Source: Octopus vulgaris
Lineage: Eukaryota
Length of the DNA stretch: 64,000 nucleotides
Assembly: GCA_951406725.2 (NCBI GenBank)
Contig: OX597820.1
Span: 110,484,001-110,548,000 of the forward strand
Direction: 5' to 3'
Shown: one piece after another, positions 56,864-64,000 of the stretch
Numbering within the stretch: position 1 is the first letter of the stretch
Layout of the letters: each line of letters begins with the position of its first letter
Notes under the pieces: generated by a model
What the model was told of the DNA's origin: nothing
The model's database searches: none
The model's input: only the letters and a program-made list of their open reading frames with translations
Translations under genes and position numbers: made by a program

Positions 56864-57647
56864 TTAAATACCATAAAAGTTATTATTTCCATGGGTTTAC
56901 ACAAACACATATAGTAATGGATTTTCTTGAAAGAGAGTAGTAGCATGGAGATTGATTCTCCTTTCTATGATTGTGCCTGGAGTCAATGGTTTGACTGTGT
57001 TACATTGATTTGGCCAGAGAATTGCATTGAGTGAGATGTCAATGGAAAAAACTCAGCTACTTACATTAAAATTTCATGAATAGGAATTTAATGGGGTGAA
57101 CAACTAGAATGGTCATTATTGAAATCACTGGAGATTTTTACCACTATGTAAGTGCATCTGAATAAATGTTAATATATACGTGTGCGCACACACACACACA
57201 CATGTGCATGCACACACATAATGGCCTTTGTACACTAAATTTCACTTAAAAACATTGTTCTTTGTAAGACTACCATAGAAGATAATTGCTTAAAATGTTG
57301 CACAGTGAGATTGAACTCAGAACTATGTGGCTACAGAGCAACACCCTTAACGACATGGCCATTTTTGCATCTAATTAAATAGAATGAAATATGTATATGC
57401 AAAAGTTACAAGGATAGAATAAGAGATAGATATCCAATATCAGCAAGAAGATAAATAGTTCTGGTTGGCATTAACTGAAAAGAAATACCAAAACTAAAAA
57501 ATGAAAATAAACAACACAAAACAGCACAACAAAATTAAAATAACACTTGCTAGTCACATAAAATTCCACGGGTCTTACGTTTCAGTAAACAGCTTCATTA
57601 ATTTACACATTAACAGCTATTCTAGATCACAAACCTGTGAGTATGTA

Positions 57648-58040
57648 TTGTGGCTGTGTGGTAAGAAGTTTGCTTTCCAACCACATGGTTTCGGATTCAG
57701 TCAAACTGTGTGGCACCTTGAGAAAGAGTCTTCTACTATAGCATTGGGCTGATCAAAGCCTTGTGAGTGGATTTAGTTGACAGAAACTGAAAGAATCTTG
57801 TCATACACACATGGGTGTGCATGCGTATGTTTTTGCGTCTTTGTTTGTCCCCCACCACTACTTGACAACCGATGTTGGTGTGTTTACATCCTTGTAACTT
57901 GGCAGTTTGGCAAAAGAGGTTGATAGAAAAAGTACCAGGCTTAAAAAATACTGGGGATGATTCATTTAACTAAAAATTCTTCGTGGCAGTGCCCCCAGCA
58001 TGGCTGCAGTCAAGGACTGAAACAAGTAAAAGATAAAAAG
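57648..58040 (+). mobile_element. Older diverged copy of the tRNA-derived SINE
   Basis: Collinear with 16566-16960 including the tail. Confidence 0.85.
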
Positions 58041-58949
58041 ATACACACATACACACACACACATTTATATTGATGTGTGTGTGTGTGTGTGTGTGTGTGA
58101 ATATATGCATAGATAGATATATACATACATATGTTTATTTATATATGTATAAACATGAACATACATCTACAGGTCCTGAACTTTCCAGAAAGTCTCAGCC
58201 ATCCAACAAACCTTTATTGTTATACCTGCTTGGTGAAAATGTGTAGGACACTGACAGTGGACGATATTTATAGCACAGAAAAACCAAGTAAGACATAGGA
58301 TGAAATGATGAGGTAAGACCTAAAGATATTGGGTTTCAGACATAAAGTAAACGTTGATGAATAGAATTGAAAATAGTTGTTATATACCATTGTGCACACA
58401 TATTTGATCCACGTTAGCACAGTACAAGCTCTACAGTTATTCAACCTGCTAGAATTAACAGCTAAATCTCCTTCAAATTTCATCCAATTATTTTTAAAAT
58501 AGGATACATTTAGCTAATGTAGTTATAAATACACTACATCTGGAAAGCCTTTGATCATATGTTCAGAGCTGATCTGGTATCAAACAACAGCTATTACTAC
58601 AGGCCCTACAATGAACCAGAATAAATACAGTACAGTATTTTGTTCAATTTTGTTCTAACAATTCTAATAACAATGATAATGATTTCTTTTATTTTCCACG
58701 AGAGCAATGGATGAGGAGGTCAATAGAAAGACAAACATAAAGTGCAGAGATTTATGTAGAATGGATCATAAGAAAAAAATACAAGTACATATGTTATACA
58801 ATATTAACAAAAGAAAAAAAGTATACTTGATATCAATCAGTAGGAAAAAATATGATAGTGATGTGATCTTCCTGATACAGGAGGACCTCTAGGGCCACTC
58901 AAGGAACCCCACCAAGAGCAAGTGCCCTCCTGATCTCTGAGTAGTGCTA

Positions 58950-60662
58950 TCTACTCTTAACATTTTCATGACTTTGCCTCACCTTTCAGTAAATTCACTT
59001 ATGGATACACCTCCCTCTCCACCCTCACTTTCTTCTTCAAATGAAATTTGAAAAGTTGATAAGGGCTCTACCAAAGAGGAATGTCTTTGTCTTCATAACT
59101 TTTAACCTGTTCACCGCTCAACCTCTTTCACTGTAGCCACCAGATAAAGGCAAAACTGCCTTTCTGTTTAGATAAAGGAGGATGATGTGACAATCACCCC
59201 TATGGATTCAGCTGATAGGCATGTACACATGTGACAGCAACCGTTTGACATACTGCACAATGAGTGCATGCAAAATGTTTGTCGCTTTGCCTGCATCTCA
59301 AAGAAGCCCATCTATGCTTGTAGAGTTTACCACAAACTGGTAGCAACCCTCAATAGCACTGTCAAGCCAAGGACTTCTGGAGCTTATCCATGGTGGTTGC
59401 CAATTAGATAGTCCTCTGGAGCAAACTAAACATCTCATTTTCATTCATGAGAACATCACTCTTCCTTTCACTAATGCTCTATAAATTGCTAGAGTGGAAC
59501 ATCCACTAGTCCTGTTTCTCAACTGAGAGAGAGCAGTAAGCCCTTGATAACATTCTAAGTAGGGGCAAACCCAAGGCATGTGCTTCCTTCAAGTAAATAA
59601 GTGCACCCTTCTAAATAATGCTATTATGCCCTTTTTTCCTGGAATTGTATTCCCTTCCTTTGAAAAATCTCTAGGACCTCACCTGCTAGGTGACAATTAC
59701 TAGTCTTGGTCTTTACTTCATCCCAGACAGCAGCTCCAAAAAAAAAAAAAAAAAGAGCAGAGTGGCAGAAAGACATGTTTCATGAACATTGCCCACATAT
59801 ATTTACTATTTGGGAATCATTGCAGGTGGTGCAGCCTGAGCATGTGTTTGAGAACCAACATCCTTGGCATGCTTAAGCCACCATGTAGAGGGTGGTGGCA
59901 GCAGATGGACCAATATGACCTGTGTCCCTCCAACAAAAATCTGAATAACAGACACCAGTCTGATCAGGCAGTAGTGGAACAAGTTACCATGGTCAGGTGA
60001 TAAACAATAACAGAAGCGACATATACATTCACCACCTCTTTTCGTCCTTTCAGGGACAACTTTCTTTCTCCTGATTTCTAGATAAGACTGACCATTCTGT
60101 TTGTCATCTTATCCCAGTTCTTGTCTCCCTGAACGTTGAGACCAAATCAGACCCTAAACTGTTTAACTGGTCTGTCAGCCCACATTCAACAATGCTGTCT
60201 AAGAGCATGGATCTGTCTTTCCAGGACCCAGTTGCAAGCTCACCAATTTGTTAACGTTGATCTTGGTCCTTGTCACCATCTTGTATTGCTTTAGAAAGGT
60301 GTTAAATGTTTCCACTTAGGAGACCTTTAACACTATGATGGTGACATCATCCATGTATGCCAACCTGACACTCCCATGTCCCACTTAGAAAGGAATTCCA
60401 CTCAACTGTTACAACTTCTGCAGCAACAGCTTAAGAGCTAACATATACAGAAGAGGTGAAAATGGGCAGTCCTACCGGACCATGCATGGTGAAGCTGTTT
60501 TGAGAAGTGACTGTTTACTTTGACCATTGAGTAGGTGTCACAGTACATTGCAGCAATCCTACTTCTGAAAATGAATCTGAACCCGCCCAATTTCAGGATG
60601 ATTTTCAAGTAACAATGGTCAACCCAATTGAATTTTGACAGATCCAAATTGATCAGGGCCTA
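58950..60662 (-). mobile_element. Decayed L1/Tx1-like LINE RT and C-terminus
   Basis: ALINLDLSKFNWVDH.YL, AYMDDVTI, VWFGL; limits approximate. Confidence 0.65.
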
Positions 60663-60961
60663 AATCAAAGGTTCTCAAAGTGGGTGCTACTGCCCCCTGG
60701 TGGGCATTGAGACAACCCAGGTGGGTGTTGGTACCCAAGGGTGGTACGGTGGGGTGTGATTGGGGTAGAGAAAAAAAGGAGGCTTTGGGAGGAAGGGAGA
60801 GGCTGTTAGTTTCATTCTATCCATGCAAGTATGAAAACTTGTCTGATTTTCTTTCCTCCATTTAACAGGGCTGGCATTCATCAAATTTTTGCAACTTTTT
60901 TTGTGTTGCTTCTATAGAATTATCAAGTGTTGGTTGTGGCATTTGCAAACACACATACAAA

Positions 60962-61012
<51 letters not shown>

Positions 61013-61021
61013 ACACAGCCC

Positions 61022-61063
<42 letters not shown>

Positions 61064-61599
61064 ACACAGTCTGCTGGGGTGGCGCCTTGACATCCATGAG
61101 TTTAAGGGCCCAGAAACAAGAAAGTAAATGAAATAAACTTTTTAGCAAATTCCCTAGGGAGATAAAAGTAAAACCGAAAGAGATCAAATAAAATGAAACT
61201 AAGAAACATCAACAATCACAACAGTGACAAGAAGAAGCAATGGTGATGAAAGGTGTGTGTTTGTACATACATATATACATACACATATATACATACATAC
61301 ATACATACATACATACATACATACATACATACATACATACATACATACATACACACACTTGCATAGTCAGTTTGCTTGGCCTCTTTATATAAAATTGGAA
61401 GTGATGGTGTTTTAGAAAATGAGAGGGAGATGGGGAGGAGGGAAAGAGAGGAATAAATTAGAATAGAAGGTGCAGGGGTGATAGAAAAGGAGAGAGTGGG
61501 ATATAGCAAAGATAGAGAAGGAAAAAGAAAGTAGGAGTGTTTTAGTGGTTTGCAGAGGAAGAGAAAAGAAAGAAGTAAAAAGTTTGAGAGGGAGGATGA

Positions 61600-61806
61600 A
61601 GCAGTGAGCTGGCAGAAACGTTAGCAGTATGCTTAGCGGTATTTTGTCTGTCTTTATGTTCTGATTTCAAATTCCGCAGTGGGCCAACTTTGCCTTTCAT
61701 CCTTTCGGCGTTGATAAATTAAGCACCAGTTGCATACTGGGGTCAATCTAATCGACTGGCCCCCTCCCCAAAATTTTCGAGCCTTGTGCCCAAAGTAGAA
61801 AAGAAT
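61600..61806 (+). mobile_element. SINE with Nin/Deu-like domain
   Basis: gagctggcagaa head, ttcaaattcc B-box, gcctttcatcctttcgg.gt.gataaa.taag.accag core. Confidence 0.75.
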
Positions 61807-62092
61807 ATGTTGTTTTTTCTTTTTTAGTGACCTTTAGGTGGGGAAGGAAAATAATATTTTGTATTCAAGCTTTTTAATTGGAAGGCCAGATGTTTGTTTT
61901 TATTTTCTCCAATAAGAATTATAATTACATTTCAAGTCTTGCTTTTTTAATTCTTTCATATTCATTAATGTAAGGGAGAGAGAATGGTTGTATGGATGTA
62001 ATCGTTTTTTTTTATATTACTAAGATTCCAGATGTTTTTGATTTAGCTGTGTATGTTTGTATTTATGTATATGTATATCTATCTATCTATCT

Positions 62093-62237
<145 letters not shown>

Positions 62238-62263
62238 CTTTATTAAAAAGCAGCAAAAATATC

Positions 62264-62313
62264 ACAAAAACTGTTACTTAGAGTTTCACGTTCCCATTCA
62301 TTGGACAGTTTTG
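62264..62313 (-). ncRNA. Minimal hammerhead motif, decayed copy of the 21915 family
   Basis: aaaactgt-CCAATGA-ATGGGAACGT-GAAA-CTCTAAG-TA-acagtttt. Confidence 0.55.
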
Positions 62314-62319
62314 TTTAGA

Positions 62320-62356
<37 letters not shown>

Positions 62357-62357
<1 letters not shown>

Positions 62358-63924
62358 TCGCATTATGACCCATCGTTGCCGGGTCATAGTGCTAGTGCAT
62401 GTATATATGTGTATATATATATGTGTACATATTACATGTACATCTATATATATATACATCTACACATAAAATACAAAATACAAAGTTATATCTTGATATC
62501 GCTAGTGATAACAATACTCAAAATATATAACAGACTGGAATTGTAGGCCCGTCTCTTGCAATTTCGATCAATTGTATCTTGTCCTCCCTCTTGTATAGAA
62601 GTGTGACTACAATCCAGCCTACCTCTACTTCTGGGGGAACATTTAAAATTTTTATCCGGGACGTCCTATGTCCCAGATATAAAGGTAAAAATAAAATATT
62701 TCTACTTTGCAAGGTTCGAGTCGAGTACTCCCTTGCACGCTCTGTTGACTCGAACCTTGCTTCTATTGTGGCGAATTTACCGCCTCTAGTTAGATATATT
62801 TCGTAGTCGCACCAAGACACTTTTCGATGGTGCTTTCCTCCAGGTCTTCAAATCTTTTTTTCTCTACATTGTATACTTTATAGACAGTAGTCTTTTCTTT
62901 AATTTAATTTTTTATTTCGTTTGGTGGTGTTATCCTAGATTCACCATCTTTGTCGGTGATCAATCCATATTTCTTCCATTTTAATTTCAATGAGTTCGCG
63001 CCCACCGACGGCTGCAGCGAAATTCATTTTTGGACTTTCTTCTATTGGAGGCATTCTAACAAAAATGCTTCCGTGTAAATGGTGAAAATATCATCAATTT
63101 CCCCAAACAGAGACACAATTCAATTTTTAAACAATAACCAAAGCTCCTTCTCCCAAAGGGGGAGGGTTACAGTTTATAATTATTTAACAAATGCAACACA
63201 ACAATGTTTCCTTTACGAGGGACCAACAAACGTGATAACAATAGTTAAACAGTAATAATAATGACAAAAAAAACCTTACAATGAATCAGAAAGCAGTAAG
63301 CAGTTGAAGCTTTAGTCCTTTATGTATAAGAAATAAACCAACAGCAGTACTCTGTAGAACCGGCTGTTCGAGAAAACAGATATTACATACAGCTAAACTT
63401 CATATAGATACTTAATGCTAGTTAATTAGCAGATAATCTAATGTAAAAGCACAGCTCCATCTGGACTATTCCATTTCTGCACGCTAGTTTTATTTTTAAT
63501 TTATTCCCATTCATGTGAAACCACTTATTCAAGTTCAAGTCATTGATGCAATTTTATACCAATTGCTAGTTTTACTTTTGTTATGTTACGATTATATTAT
63601 ACTTTAGTTTGATTTTAATTATTACTTACAACATATAATTCAATTGTTATTATTATTTTTATTGTTAAAGTGAAAGTATCTGACATAAAATAGAGAAATG
63701 TTTTTGTTTCACTTTTAACACGTAATACTGAAATAGTGGAGAAGATATGATATCGCTATGGGCTCGCTCTAGGCAAGAAGTTGAACATTTTTTTGCCCAT
63801 GAAACTACATGGACCCTAAGTAAGGCATGTGTAAAATTTGAATGAAATTGGTTGTGTAGTTCTCAAGTTTTAGGGAAACACACAGACAGACACACACACA
63901 TTCTCAGTTTTATATATATAGAGA
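62357..63924 (-). mobile_element. Probable non-autonomous Helitron containing a LINE ORF1-like segment
   Basis: 5' A|TCTCTATATATATAAAA at 63924; palindromic 3'-type end at 62356-62396; linking the two ends is inference. Confidence 0.5.
62530..63380 (-). mobile_element. Tx1/L1-like LINE 5' UTR and ORF1 N-terminal fragment
   Basis: YLTRGGKFATIEARF..PLYLG.R.SRIKILNVPPEV resembles the RRM-like region of LINE ORF1; assignment from recall. Confidence 0.5.
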
Positions 63925-63930
63925 TATATA

Positions 63931-64000
63931 CTAGCAAACGCACCAATCCTTTGGATGGTTTAAGTTGCTTTCATGGTATTTTTTTCACCAAATAATTGAA
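63931..64000 (-). mobile_element. 3' end of another Helitron running off the window
   Basis: CTAG|T at 63931 with hairpin ACC(A)ATCC-TTT-GGATGGT ~11 nt inside. Confidence 0.6.

Noticed and set aside
60666-60750. hAT-like terminal sequence (caaaggttctcaaagtggg)
   Set aside because: No matching opposite TIR or 8-bp TSD found.

Overview
AT-rich, repeat-saturated animal genomic DNA, most likely coleoid cephalopod (Octopus-like; inferred from the SINE families and (TA)n load). It includes one 100-N scaffold gap, and I can identify no complete host protein-coding gene. Most long ORFs in the track are microsatellite artefacts. Retroelements: a CR1-type LINE with an intact RT frame, two Naiad-like Penelope elements (RT plus GIY-YIG), RTE, CRE and Tx1 fragments, a CsRn1-clade Gypsy inside a TTAA MITE, and several SINEs. 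DNA elements: several non-autonomous Helitrons, and a DD36E Tc1 that forms a three-level nest (CRE > Tc1 > Mag-clade Gypsy). Host signal: a CpG/CCAAT promoter island near 32-33.4 kb with minus-strand 5' exons encoding a candidate 41-aa uORF or micropeptide. The most striking signal is RNA structure. Besides several minimal type I hammerhead motifs, three loci from two sequence-unrelated repeat families (42.7, 45.2 and 47.3 kb) carry all hammerhead core elements in a non-circularly permuted order (cleavage site, then GAAA, then CUGANGA). In one family a consensus kink-turn sits where the chain has to fold back. All calls were made by eye; none was tested by search or folding software.
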